NCBI GenBank assembly: GCA_951406725.2
Contig: OX597831.1
Span: forward strand, 2,418,001-2,482,000
DNA length: 64,000 bases
Reading direction: 5' to 3'
Origin: Octopus vulgaris
Taxonomy: Eukaryota
Below the pieces are notes generated by a model. That model did not search any database, was not told where the DNA came from, and saw only the letters and a list, made by a program, of their open reading frames with translations. The translations under genes were made by a program, and so were the position numbers. This document shows, one piece after another, positions 39,417 to 52,815 of the stretch (its first letter is position 1; each line of letters opens with the position of its first letter).

Positions 39417-40637
39417 GTAAATTTTTGCCTTTATTTTTATGTTTTTATGATTTGTTTTCCTTTTCAGTTATTTCTACTTTGCAGTGTTGGGGTTGGGGGA
39501 GTGGTGGTGCTGGTGGTGGTGCTGGTGGAATCATTTTAGAGAATCTGATTAACTGTAAGGAGTAGGAGGAGAAACTGTCAAAGATTTTTATGACAGAAAT
39601 CATTATCACATACAGTATTGTAAAGCTGTTATTATTGCAATCACCAGTTATCATTACCGCCACCACCACCACCACCACCATTGTTGTTGTCAGGAGTATC
39701 GTTATTGCTGTTATCGTAATTGTCTCACTGCCATCCATTCCACTGCTTCCTTCTCACCATCATCATTGTTGCTAATAGTTGCACCACCACCACGACAACA
39801 ACCATCACCGCCACCACCACCACCACCTCAACCATTATCACTGTCATCTTTGCTTTCAACGCATAAATACCCTTCACATCTGCAGCCTAATCAAGGCAAC
39901 CACCCTAAAACTAATACTCCTTCATCATCATTATTTTCTTCATCTTATCCCTGACATTGATGTCAATGATCTCTCTCTCTCTCTCTCTCTCCTCCACCCT
40001 TCATAATCATCATCGTCATCATCATCATCACCAATGCTATTATCTCCAAGGCAATGAAGGAGCCATCTCAGTGTACTCATTAAACTTTCTAAAAATAGAA
40101 GTCAAATCTCAAACCCTATGATCTTAAGTAATACGAAAAGTTGTGTTGGTCATGGCTGGAACACCTTTGATTGTAAGTGTGCTCAGTCAGAGCTGACTTA
40201 GGGTTAAACAATGGTAATAACTTCCTCCTCACTCTGATATACTATTTTTAACATCTGTTTTTAACCTCAGTGCCGGTGACACGTAAAAGCACCATCCGTT
40301 CGTGGCCGTTTGCCAGCTCCGTCTGGCACCTGTGCAGGTGGCACGTAAAAAGCACCATCCGTTCGTGGCCATTTGCCAGCTCCTTCTGGCACCTGTGCAG
40401 GTGGCACGTAAAAAGCACCCACTACACTCACGGAGTGGTTGGCGTTAGGAAGGGCATCCAGCCGTAGAAACACTGCCAGATCTGACTGGGCCTGATGCGG
40501 CCTTCCGGCTTCACAGAGCTCCAGTTGAACCGTCCAACCCATGCTAGCATGGAAAACGGACGCTAAATGATGATGATGATGATGATGATGATGTTTTGCC
40601 TCAACGCTTTCTTAATTTGTTTCTTCATTTATACTAG

Positions 40638-40775
40638 AACTTACAGAGCCATACCGAACATCTCGTAAATAATCACAAACACGAAATCAATATCGAGAAG
40701 AGCCAAAACAAGAAGTTGAAAGTCTCTTTACAGAATTTGGAAGAGAGATTCAGTCGGTTGGAACTGCAGCTTTTG
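40638..40775 (+). CDS. LCA5: Lebercilin coding exon 3 (138 nt)
   Basis: tactag|AAC...CTT TTG|gtaagt, phase 0/0. Encodes the coiled coil NLQSHTEHLVNNHKHEINIEKSQNKKLKVSLQNLEERFSRLELQLL. Confidence 0.9.
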
Positions 40776-43229
40776 GTAAGTAGCAAGTTTCTCAACTTGA
40801 AGACACTCCGATCTTAAGGATGTCCTCGTCCCAAATTTTGGTCTGGTAATTTTCAAACTTCAATAAACATAAACACAAGATCTCACTACTTTCACATACT
40901 TTATGAAAATGTTTTGCTAGTGGTTAATAATCTATAGATCAATATAGATATATTGAATGCTTTTGGTCTGCATATTTTCTTTAACTTTTATAGTGTGGAG
41001 ACATGGCAAGTTTAGCTTGGGAACCCTTTACTGAGGTTAAAATTGGTTTAGTTAGTTAGTTAGTTAGTTAATTTGGCTCAAAAGCAAATAGCAAGGCCAT
41101 GTAGGGGGACATGGAGTTAAGTACAGGGTGGTGTTCATGTAAAGAGTTCAGGCCACTTGAGGTCAAGGGAGGCTTTGAACAAACCGGTCGTTGGCATCTT
41201 CACTATCTCGTCTGGCAGCTTGTTCCACGGATCCACAACCCGGACGGAGAAAGCTCCTCTCCTTCGATTGAGATGAAATCGTCGCAGGTAGAGCTTTTCG
41301 GATGAAAATGTAACCTTAATCTTATAGGATGCACAGTAAATTTTTAACCCTTTTGTTACTGTATTTATTTTGAGATGCTCTGTATTTCTTTCAATTACTT
41401 TAAATATAACAAAGAATTTAGTAAAATAACTTAGTTATCATTCAGCTAGTATTAGAAACATAAATTGTGACTAAGGTTTGGTGGAAGATTTTAATTCAAA
41501 ACTTGTGAAAACATCACATTTGTACTCAGAGCCAGATACGGTTTCAGCCGGATTGGTAATGAAAGGGTTAAGCTTCATTTTCAGAAAAAGTAGCATCCTT
41601 GATGCTGAAAAATATGATAGCTCTTTTATATCTGTAGCAGGTAATTATGACAAAACTTGGTGGGGGGGAGCAATTTATATACATATTTATTGCTACAATT
41701 GTATTAGGCTTTATGAAAAACAGACAGCATCAAATTATAAGAAGATCACATTCACAGGAGTTGAAAACTTACTGATTTGCACCTTGCTGCAAAAATGTAT
41801 GGTGTTGATTTTTCATCAACTCTGATTTGGTTTATAGCTGTGAAGGTAGCTATTAGGAGGGATCGCATCGGTTTGAGTATGTAGCTAATAGAACAGCTTA
41901 AGGGCAGAGTTTTTGTGACTGCAGTGAGGTAAGTGAAACTCTCTCTCTCTCTGATACAACACACCAAATTTGGTTTTTTTATAAAGCTGTCGCTACAGAA
42001 CTTTTCTAGAATTATCCGGTGTGCACTTGACTCTCATTTGTTGAAAATGAGGTCTGCACACATTATAGATGCATGAATAACATACAATCGAAAATGAAAG
42101 TGAAAATGAAATCAACCACCATATATTTTAGGCTGATTTAGTCATGTGAATTGGCAACTTAGTGCCAGTCTAGATCTGCAAGAACACGGTGGCGAGCTGG
42201 CAGAAACATTAGCATGCTGGGCGAAATGCTTAGTGGTATTTCGTCTGCCATTACGTTCTGAGTTCAAATTCCTGCCGAGGTCAGCTATGTCTTTCATGCT
42301 TTCAGGGTCGATAAATTAAGTATGTAATCGACTTAATCCATTTGTCTGTCCTTGTTTGTCCTCTCTGTGTTTAGCTCCTTGTGGGTAGTAAAGAAATAGG
42401 TATTTCATCTGCTGTTACGTTCTGAGTTCAAATTCCGCTGAGACCGACTTTGCCTTTCATCCTTTCGGGGTCGATAAATTAAGTACCAGTTACACACTGA
42501 GGTCGATGTAATCGACTTAATCCCTTTGTCTGTCCTTGATTGTCCCCTCTATGTTTAGCCCCTTGTGGGCAATAAAGAAATAAGAACAAGAATGGAAGTA
42601 AACTGCAGAAAAACTTAGGTATGGTTGTGTGGTTAAGAAGCTTGCTTTGCAACCATATGGGAAGGCACATAGCTTAGTAGTTTGCGTATTCCGCTCAAAA
42701 TCATAAGGTTGTGGATTTGATTCCCAGCAGTGTGTTGTGTCCTTGAGTAAGACACTTTGTTTCACATTGCTCCACTCTGCTCAGCTGAGTTGTACCTGCA
42801 ATTGAAAGGACCAGCAGCCTTCTCAGAATTTTTAGTCAAATGTATCGACCCCAGTACTTCCTTTCTTTTTATAAGCCTTGGTACTTATTCTGTCAGTCTC
42901 TTTTGCCAAACTGCTAAGTTATGGGGGACGTAAACACACCAGCACCAGTTGTCAAGTGGTGGGTGGGGGTGGGAGGAAAACAGACACAAAGACCTACACT
43001 CACACACATATGTATACATATACGTATATACAATGGGCTTCTTTCAGTTTCCATATACCAATTCCACTCACAAGGCTTTGGTATGCACAAGGCTGTTGTT
43101 GAAGACATTTGCCTAAGGTGCCACACAACGAGACTGAACCCAGGACCATGTAGTTGGGAAGCAAGCTTCTTACTACACAGCCATACCTTTGCCTAATACA
43201 TATATGTGTACACACACACACACACAAAC

Positions 43230-43288
<59 letters not shown>

Positions 43289-43899
43289 TCATCATTTAAC
43301 ATCCATTGTCAATGCTGGCATAGGTTGGATGGCTTGACCAGGAGTGGTAAGCTGAGGGGCTGCACCAGACTCCGGTCTGATTTGGCATGGTTTCTACAGC
43401 TGGATGCCCTTCCTAATGCCAACCACTCCAAGAGTGTAAAGGTGCGTTTATGTGCCACTGGCATGGGTGCCAGTTATGTGACACCAGCATTGGCCACATT
43501 GCCTCCGTGAGGCCCAACACTTGAATGGTGCTTTTACATGCCACCAGCATGGGTGCCAATTACATGATGCCAACACCGGCCACGACTACAATTTCACTTG
43601 GCTTGACAGGTCTTCCCAAGCATGGCATACCACCAAAGGTCTCATTCACTAGTCATTGCCTCTGTGGGCCCCACTGTTTAAAGATCATGCTTCACCACCT
43701 CATTCCATGTCTTCCTGGTTCTAGCTCTAACACAGGATCCCTCCACAGTTAGAGATCAGCACTTCTTTACGCATCTCTTGACCACACCAGTGCAGTTGTC
43801 TCTCTTGCACACCACACCTGATGCCTTTTATGCCCAACTTTTCTTTCAAGATGCTTATATACATGCACACACAACCTGTTGAATTTTTACTTTGTGTAG

Positions 43900-44097
43900 G
43901 AAAAGGAGAAAGAATTAGAAGTTTGGAATATTTACAGCAACCGACAAAAAGCTGTTGCCAACAAGTTAAATGGTTCCTTCAACACACCACGATCAACTCC
44001 TTCCGTTAAGAACAAATTTAATGAGAAAATACCTCCTATGACTCCTCCTTTTCATCGTATTAAGAAGTATGAAGAATTAAGAAGACAGAAGGAATTG
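43900..44097 (+). CDS. LCA5: Lebercilin coding exon 4 (198 nt)
   Basis: tgtag|GAA...GAA TTG|gtaagt, phase 0/0. Starts EKEKELEVWNIYSNR, matching the EKERELDIKNIYSNR motif of vertebrate LCA5 as I recall it. Confidence 0.93.
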
Positions 44098-44185
44098 GTA
44101 AGTTGAAATTGAGGAACTGAAATTCTTATTGGCACGTATTTCTGTGTAGGGCTTATTTTGTTTGTTTTGCTCCGTTTATCTAAAC

Positions 44186-44445
44186 CAATGGTTCTCAACA
44201 ATTTTTTTACCTATGGACCCCTTTAATTTCTATTTTACTCAAATGGAGCTTTCATATCCATTCAATGTTTAAAAACAAAAATGCTATTATATTTTTATAG
44301 TAAAATATTAGGAATTGTATAAAAAAAAATTGTTCAACTATTTTGTTTATTGTGGAAATATAACCAATATATTGCACATAACCTTTAACAGCAGAATCTT
44401 ATATGGACCCCGAAGGGTCATGCAGACCCCGGTTGAGAACCACTG
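44186..44445. mobile_element. hAT (Charlie-like) MITE with 8-bp TSD
   Basis: ATCTAAAC|CAATGGTTCTCAAC...GTTGAGAACCACTG|ATCTAAAC. Confidence 0.92.
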
Positions 44446-45598
44446 ATCTAAACCATAATGGTGACCATTACCCCTCATCATTAACTTAACATTGATTTAC
44501 TACTTATTTTATCTGGGGCTCTGTGTATCTTATCTACTCAGTTTTTCTTAGTTGGTCTTAGATATTTCTGAAGTCTGCTATATAGTAACATCTTTAATCT
44601 GGGGCTATGGGACTGCAGTGTGAAGACCCAGAAGAACGACAGACCCATGAATGATATAATTTTGTTATGTTTCAATGAGAGTGGGGGTTCACTTCTTTGG
44701 TATAAACCTCTCACCTAGACTAAAGGACTCCCAAAGATGCCCTTGTGATCTACTCCTTCCATGGATACATTTAAGACGTATCAATTTTTTTAATCTAGCA
44801 TAGTTATGCTTCATTCATTTACAGGACATAATTATCAAGAGCAAGGTGGGTTAAATACATTAGAGTACATTACAATAGACAAAAGATGAACAGTTTATAT
44901 TCTACCACTAATATTGCATTGTGTTATTGTGGACCTGTTAGGTAACTCTTAAATGGCCCAGTCCACCTAGCAGAATATAGCTTCCTAATATTGACTTATG
45001 GTTCATGAATTTGAATTGCTGAGTTCAAATTCAAGTTTTTAGAAAAGTGGAGTTCATTGCAGCTGATTTATTCTAGATATGTGAGGGTGCAGAAAAATTC
45101 CTGGCTGCAAAATTCCTGGCTGGAGGCCTGACCTTCCGAGTTCTTTTACAGAGATTAGAAAAACTGAAGGACCACCGTAATAAGTGTTTGAATCTGAGAA
45201 GTGAATATGTTGAATAAAATCATAATTAACTGATCCTCCTGTATTTTCTTTCACCCAAAGCCAAGAATTTTTCAATACCATTTATATGATATATGAAGAC
45301 AAGATCTTCAGTAGCATCCTAACACATGAGAGTAAAATGAAAAATAAAAAAAAGAAAGAATATTTGAAATATATTACTTGGTCAACTTCTATACTGTTTT
45401 TTTCTACTCTCTACTTTACATTTCTTATTCTAGTTATAAACATAGTATCATTTTCATAACGTGATAATTATAAAGGTCAGCTCACTATCTTAGGACCCAC
45501 AGAATACCACTTGTGGGAGCTTCAGCATGATTGCTTGACCAGCTTGAGATAGCAGACAAATATCCCTCAAATCAAACTGTCATCTTAGAAAATATATA

Positions 45599-46105
45599 CC
45601 GTAAATCCTCGAGTATAATCCACATTTTTTCCCCAAAATTTAAAGGTCAAAATCCTTAGTGTGTACTATATATGAGGTTAACAATGAAAAATATTTTCTA
45701 AGCAATGTCCGAGTCTCTATTTGCTGTCTGGCAATGTTTATTCAAACACATTTTATGATGTTGGCCGCGAAAATATATTAAGCTAAGCCTGAAAGCAATG
45801 AAGTCATAAAAGAATCATCCATAACTTGCAGTAAGCAACATTTATTAAACGTTATTACTGTTATTTCTTTATTTTCTGCAAAAAAAATGCACAAAAAAGC
45901 TACAAGTTTGCATTATGTTATATATACAATAATAATAAAGGACGTTACCGTATACATTTTTACAAACCAAGGACGTTATATAGACCTCCTTGACACAGAG
46001 AAAGGGTGCGTATTATACACAAGGTTTAGGTTTTTCAGAGGTACAGCTCCCTAATAATCCCCTGCGTATTATACTCAAAGGTGGACTATACTCGAAGATT
46101 TACAG
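45599..46105. mobile_element. Tc1/pogo-type MITE with TA TSD
   Basis: TA|CCGTAAATCCTCGAGTATAATCCAC...GTGGACTATACTCGAAGATTTACAG|TA. Confidence 0.88.
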
Positions 46106-46692
46106 TATACATATAAAAAAAGACATTAATAGTCCTGAAAAAATGATGGGTTGGACTTTAGACACTTTTGATCATAAGTTTGCTTCATTTGGTTCAACTT
46201 AGAACTAAACATCATGTTTGGAAAGAATATGAGGAGTGATGGCCTTCATATTCGAAGAGCATTTGCAGATTGATTGCTAAAATAGTATCTGGGAATGAAA
46301 CCCAATCCACATATGTAGTTGATTAGAAACTTTTCACCTACACTGAAAGGCTCAGTATATGTCACTAGATAGTGGTTATTTAAATACTTTGTGAGGTTTT
46401 ATATATACAGTAGGATTATGGCTGTATATTCAGACTATACATCATATCTCTTTGGCATTTTTACACTGTTCATGTATTCCACACTCATTTAAACATCCAT
46501 CATTCCTCTTATTCTTTGTTTCAGCACTCAAAGTATACTATTAACGTCCATCCTAGATTAGCCACCCCCGCTTAATATGTCTATCAAGCCCTTTGATTCT
46601 CCCTTGCTTTATTTCAGTTTCTCAGAAACCTTGTATTCATTCATTCCGTTTATCTGTGTTTTAAAATATTTCTACTTCTGCTTGTCTCACAG

Positions 46693-47829
46693 AAAAGGGC
46701 ACAAGAGAAGCTGGCAATGAAGAATCCTTCCACCGCTCAGAATGCAGGAGATATAAAAAGTGTACAAGATATCAACCATCCAAGTAAAGCATTCAATACA
46801 AAAGTATTGATGTCTGAAAAGCATGGCCACACAGAGAAAATCCCAGAAAAAACAAAAGAAGAGAGCAAGGAGCGGGAGAAGAAGGAAATGAAGTTCACAT
46901 CTGACAGCTATGAGCAAGAGCCAGAAATAGCTGAATGGATGAATACAGACAACAAACAGATGGAAAAGCGAAAGGAAGCAGAGAAGATAAGTGTAAATGA
47001 TGATTTGGGTTACAAATTAAAAAAGATTGAAGAAACAAAACCAAAGGAAGCAATACCAAAGAAGGCACCTGAAGAACCGAAACAGGTCCCCAGTGATAGG
47101 GAAAAGTCAGAATTAAAACAGAAACAAGATGAGGAACGTAGAAAGAAGGATTTACTGCTGGCAAAGTTAAAAGAAATTGATGACAATCCTGAAGTACCTT
47201 TGAAGTCTGATAGCATGTTCTCCAATGAAGATGTGTCGACTAAAGCTGATAATAAAACACATTATTCATTCTCACAGAAGACTGAGAACCTTCACCAGGG
47301 TCGTCCAGTGAATGAACATAACTCTAAAAGAAATTCTCCATTAACATTAAATGGATTCTCAGAAAAAGTCACAGAACCCTTAGATATTAAAAATGATTTA
47401 TTGCTTTTAAAGGACAACTCCATTGAAGATTTTTTTACAAATGATATGTCGTTGGCTTCTTACAAACCTGCGAATGAGTTTAAAGGAAGAAATGGAGACG
47501 CCAGTGATGCTAAATGGCACGAAAAGTCAGTTGGAAAGAACAAGAACAGTATTTTCAAAGAGCTATTTGAAGACACTCCACAAGACAATCTGCCAAGCAA
47601 TGGAGACTTTTTAGGTTTTAAGTATAGTGATGGGGATTCAAACCTCATTGGTTCTTCAGAACCAAATGTTTGGGATGTCGGCGATATGTTGAGAAATGAC
47701 AGCAGAAACAATGAGAAACATTCCACAAAGCTGTTGCCATCTCGTCCGCAAATGAATAGGTTTGAGAAGAGGTCAACATTGGACTCTTTAGACAATTCCA
47801 TGGACAGTGTTGAAGAAATCATTCTTTGA
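46693..47829 (+). CDS. LCA5: Lebercilin terminal coding exon (378 aa + stop)
   Basis: ctcacag|AAA AGG GCA is in frame with ORF 46717-47829. Motifs KKDLLLAKLKEID, YSFSQKTENLHQG, KNSIFKELF and terminal DSVEEIIL* resemble the lebercilin C-terminal blocks. Confidence 0.9.
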   Translation, partial: KRAQEKLAMKNPSTAQNAGDIKSVQDINHPSKAFNTKVLMSEKHGHTEKIPEKTKEESKEREKKEMKFTSDSYEQEPEIAEWMNTDNKQMEKRKEAEKISVNDDLGYKLKKIEETKPKEAIPKKAPEEPKQVPSDREKSELKQKQDEERRKKDLLLAKLKEIDDNPEVPLKSDSMFSNEDVSTKADNKTHYSFSQKTENLHQGRPVNEHNSKRNSPLTLNGFSEKVTEPLDIKNDLLLLKDNSIEDFFTNDMSLASYKPANEFKGRNGDASDAKWHEKSVGKNKNSIFKELFEDTPQDNLPSNGDFLGFKYSDGDSNLIGSSEPNVWDVGDMLRNDSRNNEKHSTKLLPSRPQMNRFEKRSTLDSLDNSMDSVEEIIL

Positions 47830-48150
47830 TGGTGCTTTAGTGGAAATATCATATGCTATGGTATCATGGTTTATTTATTTTGTTATGTTATATTGCAGGA
47901 TATCAGATGAATTTATTTATTTTTTTGTTAAAACAGGGTAAAAAATAAAACCCAAAAAACCCATGACTATAAAGATATACAATGATTTCTTTTTAAGAAA
48001 AAAAATCTCAAATTACTGAGCTTACAAAAATTGATTAAATAAAAAAGTAAATAATTATATTTTGGGGGTTTTTTATATTTGAGGAGCGATACTGTACACA
48101 TATCACATATGTTATATTTATTGTTATGTATAATATATAAATCATATTAC

Positions 48151-48156
48151 AATAAA
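48151..48156 (+). promoter_or_regulatory. Candidate polyadenylation signal of the LCA5-like gene
   Basis: AATAAA about 320 nt after the stop, followed by a GT/T-rich tract (ttctgttgtgttttgtt). Other AATAAA hexamers sit at 47944 and 48038. Confidence 0.45.
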
Positions 48157-48316
48157 TGGTTTCTCTTGTATATTCTGTTGTGTTTTGTTACCATGGTTAA
48201 CAAATATAATTGTGGCTGTGTTGTAGGAAGTTTGCTTCCTAACCACATGGTTCTGGGTTCAATCCCATGGCATAGCACCTTGGACAAATGTCTAGCCCTT
48301 GGGGCCAATAAAAGAA

Positions 48317-48369
<53 letters not shown>

Positions 48370-48952
48370 GTTGATATGCTGGCAGAATTGTTTGCACACA
48401 GGACAAGATGCTTAGTGCCATTTCACCCGTCTTTACATTCTGAGTTTTAAGCTCTGTCAAAGTTGATTTTCGTCTTTCATCCAGTTGAGGTTCATAAAAT
48501 AAGTACCAGCTGAATACTTGGGTTGATGTAATCGACTAGCCCCCTCCCACCAAACTCCAAGTTTTGTGCATATAGTTGACAGAAAGAATTACTATCTTAA
48601 AGCATCAGACAAAATACTTTGCCATATTTATTCCGGTTTTTATGTTCGAGATTCAAATCTCCCTGAAGTCTCAACATGGCCTTTCATTCTTCTGGCAGAG
48701 GTGGGGTGGGGTTAAAGTTAAACACCAGTTAAGTACTGAAGTACTATACCACTCTCTCTACAAATTTCTGGTCTTGTATCTTTTGTTAGGAATTTTTATT
48801 CTTATTAGATTGTTAGAGTGTTGGAAAATACTTTGCTGTATCTCTTTCAGCTCTGTATGTTTGGAGTTCAAATTTCATCAGGGTTAGTTTTGTCTTTTTG
48901 CCCTTTCTGGGGTTGATATGATCGACTACACACAACTTGTGGACTTGTGCCC

Positions 48953-48957
48953 TGTTG

Positions 48958-49000
<43 letters not shown>

Positions 49001-49072
49001 TACTATTATTATTACTATTATTATTATTATTACTATTACTATTATTATTATTATTATTATTATTACTATTAC

Positions 49073-49111
<39 letters not shown>

Positions 49112-49143
49112 TATTATTGTTGTTGTTGTTATTATTATTATTA
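48953..49143. repeat. (TTA)n microsatellite (smaller ones at 28670-28750, 48317-48368, 52410-52445)
   Basis: Trinucleotide run that produces the poly-L/I/Y/N ORFs. Confidence 0.95.
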
Positions 49144-50079
49144 AGGTGGCAAGCTGACAGAATCATTAGCACACCAGATGAAATGCTTAGTGGTATTTCA
49201 TCTGTCTTCACGTTCTGAGTTCAAATACCACTGGGGTTAACTTCGCCTTTCATCCTTTCAGAGTCAGTAAATTAAGTACCAGTGATGTACTGGCCAGGTG
49301 CTTCCAGTAGAAAGAATTACTATTATTATTAAGGTGACGAGTTGATAGACTCGTTAGTACGCTGGACAAAATGCTTAGCAGTATTTCACCCATTGCTACA
49401 TTCTGAGTTCAAATTCTGCTACGGTCAGCTTTGCCTTTCATCCTTTCAGGGACTAGTTGTGTACTAGGGTCAATGTAATCGATTAGTTCCATCCCTTAAA
49501 ATTCTAGGCCTTGTGCCTATAGTAGAAAGGATTATTATTATTATTATTACTACTGAGGCAGTGGGCTAGTAGAGTTGTTAGCATGCAGGACAAAATGATG
49601 AGCAGCATTTCTTCTGTTTTTATGTCCTGCGTTCAAATGCTGCCAAGGTTGACTTTATTTTTCATTCTTTTGAGGTTGATAAAATAAGTACAAGTCAAAC
49701 CCTGGGGTTGATGAAATGCTGGAATCTCAGACATAATTTACAGTATTTCACTTTTATGGTTTGTTTTCAAATCCTAGCATGGTTGACGTTGTCTTTCGTC
49801 CTTCAGAGATCACTAAAATAAATATTACAATCAAACACCGACATTAACCAAGTCTACTGAATCTTTCCCAAAATATGTGAAACCATTCTTAGAAGCAGCC
49901 TCTACCATACTAGAAGAGAGAAATGTATCTTTAAATAAGCTGACAAGAACTTGATCAGAAAGGAAAACACCGGTCTTCAAACCTTTCAGATGAACCTACA
50001 ACACAACTGCTAATACAAGTCCTTCAAGTAGAGAAAGACTGACAATCCTTATCTGCTAAAGGAAATTGGCATGTCACAT

Positions 50080-51560
50080 GAACCAGGGCAGGTCGCAGGG
50101 CTTGCAACCTTATACCTGGGAAGGCAATTCTATGCTGACCAGCAATGATTTTAGTTGCTATAACCAAACCACTGGTCATGATAAATGGGACCTGGTTTAG
50201 ACTGGACCTTCAGGTGGATAGGAACTAGGACGAGGTTATAAACAAGGTGGCCAATCTCTCTCAGAAATGGGTTGAGAGGAAATTGTCTCTGAAAGGACAG
50301 AAAGAAGAGGCTTTTGTCTGCATCATCTTGTTGGTGACCATTTTGCCTTGCCCAAGAAACATCTGACCAGACTGGAGTGCATGCTTTTCTGTTTCTTTTA
50401 GAAGGAACAAGTTCTATTGGTCAGGAGATCCTTCAACTACCAGCACCTGTCTGTGGTGTTTTAACAAGGAAATCACTGATGATGCACAAGCTGCTGACAA
50501 ATCTGCATAAAATATTTTTAACATTATGATGACAATGACAGCAGTGAAAATAAGGGCAAATTGCTCTGTGTGTGTGTGTGTGTATGATTTTCATATGGAA
50601 TCTTTTCATAGCTCTTTCCTTTGTCTGAGCTGCAACCACTGGTTTAGTGAAGACCAAGGTTGGGTGGCTGGCTGGCATCTAGAATGTTGCCAGGCACTCA
50701 TAGCACTCTGCCAGTTAAACAATGCCAACAGTAGGGACAACAGCTCTCACATTTTATAGCAGATTAGAGAAAGGTACAAACAACAATGGCCTAGCCTGGC
50801 CTGGCCTGGAAATGACTCTAGGCACTGACAAGAGTCTAAGAGTCTCTTTTGGAGGACTTCCAAGTTAGAGATTATGGATTAAGATACCTTTTGAAAGTCT
50901 TTGTCGTGGCAGTGCAACTCTGCAGGTAAGAAAGTACTAACAGCTGACTTGCTCAAGATGCATGCAGGCTGATGAAACCATTCTGCATGCTATCATTCAA
51001 TGTTTGTGCATTTCTGAGTTGCAGGCTCGTGTCAAACAGCAGCTGTCATGTGTAGGACGAATCTATCTATCTTACTGATTCTAGAGTAAAAACTGACATG
51101 CCACTTTCCTTTAGCAGATAAGGGTTGTCAGTCTTTCTCCACTTGAAGGTCTTGTATTAGAAGTTGTGTGTAGGTTCATCTGAAAGGTTTGAAGACCAGT
51201 GTTTACTTTTCTGGTAAAGTTCTTGTCAACATATTCAAAGACCATTTGAAGAAGAAGGTGGCATTGCTTTCTAGTGTGTTCAATACAAGGTAGGTGAGAG
51301 TGGCAAGACTGATTGGGCTCACTTTGAATATTCTGAGAAGAAAACTGGAGGAATGCACTTTTGATGCTTTGGTGAAGGGTTTTCCCACAAATTATCCTGG
51401 GGGGACTTCCCCACTATTGGAGGAATTGTCTTGTTGAATTTTTTATTGTTATATGTTTTGTTTTTGTTGACTTCTTTTGATGTAAATTTTGTGATTTATT
51501 TCTGACTTTGTATTGTCCTTAATGTCTTGGTCAATTGTGAGTAGTAAAAGAAACCCTTAT
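50080..51560 (+). mobile_element. Decayed L1/Tx1-clade LINE 3' portion
   Basis: KVANLSQKWVERKLSLKG (W..R.LS..G motif) and C-terminal zinc knuckle TCSRCMQADETILHAIIQC, followed by a T-rich 3' UTR. Confidence 0.7.
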
Positions 51561-52409
51561 TAATATTATTATAAAAGAAATCATCATCATTGTTTAAGGC
51601 AGCAAGCTGACAGAATCATTAGAGCATGAGGGGAAAAAATGCCTTGGGGTATTTGTTCTTTCTTTTTCACATCCTTAGTTCAAATCCTGCCAAGGTTACC
51701 TTTGCCTTTTATTGACTCCTCCAGGGTCAATAAAATAAAGCATTGTTGAAGTACTGGCGTCAACTGTATTGACTTACCCTCTCCCCTCAAAATTGTTAGC
51801 CTTGCACCTTAATTAGAAGCCATAATTATTATTATTATGATTAGTGTAAGGCTGTGAGCTGGCAAAACTGTTAGCATGCTGGGCAAAATGCTTCATGGCA
51901 TTTCATGTTTTTGCATTCTGAATTCCAGTTCCGCTGAGGTTGACTTCACCTTTCGTCATTTCGGGGTTGATAGATTAAGTACCAGTGAAACACTGGTGTT
52001 GATGTAATTGACTAATTCCCTCCCTCAAAATTTCAGGCCTAGTGCCTATATTAGAAAGGATTATTATGGTTATTGTAGGTTTTATCAGACACTCTAATGG
52101 CTCTGCCAATTAATTAACTTCAAGGCCTTTTATCTATCTTAGAAACCGTTATTATTGCCATTATTAATCAAGCACTAGGGTCAATGTAATTGAACAGCAT
52201 CTTCCCCAATATTTCAAGCTTTATACTTATAGGAAAAAGAATTCTATCTGGCAGAGTCATTATCACACTGAATAAAATACTTAGTAACATTTCTTCTTGT
52301 TCTATGTTCTTAGTTATGATGCCACTAAGATACACCGTTCTGGGGTCAATCTAATTGACTTCCTCCACCCCTCAAAAACTACTGGCCCTATGCCAAAATT
52401 TGGGACCAC

Positions 52410-52446
<37 letters not shown>

Positions 52447-52589
52447 ATTAAGGCAGTGAGCTGGCGGAATCATTAGCACGTTGGGCAAAATGCTTTTCGG
52501 CGTTTCATCCATCTTTATGTTCTGAGTTCAAATCCCACTGAGGTCAACTTTGCCTTTCACCCTTTCAGTGGTCAATATATTGAGTACCT

Positions 52590-52815
52590 AAGGCGGCGAG
52601 CTCGCAGAAACGTTAGCCCGTCGGGCGAAATGCTTAGCGGTATTTCGTCTGCTGCTACATTCTGAGTTCAAATTCCGCCGAGGCCGACTTTGCCTTTCAT
52701 CCTTTCGGAGTCGATAAATTAAGTACCAGTTACGCACTGGGGTCGATATAATCGACTTAATCCATTTGTCTGTCTTCTCTATGTTTAACCCCTTGTGGGT
52801 AGTAAAGAAATAAAT
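52590..52815 (+). mobile_element. MetaSINE-like SINE (many decayed copies at 48370-49700 and 51595-53100; others at 42190-42590 and 62906-63140)
   Basis: AAGGCGGCGAGCTGGCAGAA head plus central GACTTTGCCTTTCATCCTTTCGGGGTCGATAAATTAAGTACCAG domain. Confidence 0.8.

Noticed and set aside
39417-39539. Hydrophobic C-terminal extension of ORF 38946-39539
   Set aside because: Read-through past the CAG|GTAAAT donor into the intron.
48187-48201. RFX X-box-like GTTACCATGGTTAAC near a ciliary gene
   Set aside because: Imperfect right half-site, and it lies 3' of the gene rather than at a promoter.
48813-49218. Poly-N/I/L/Y ORFs
   Set aside because: (TTA)n microsatellite.
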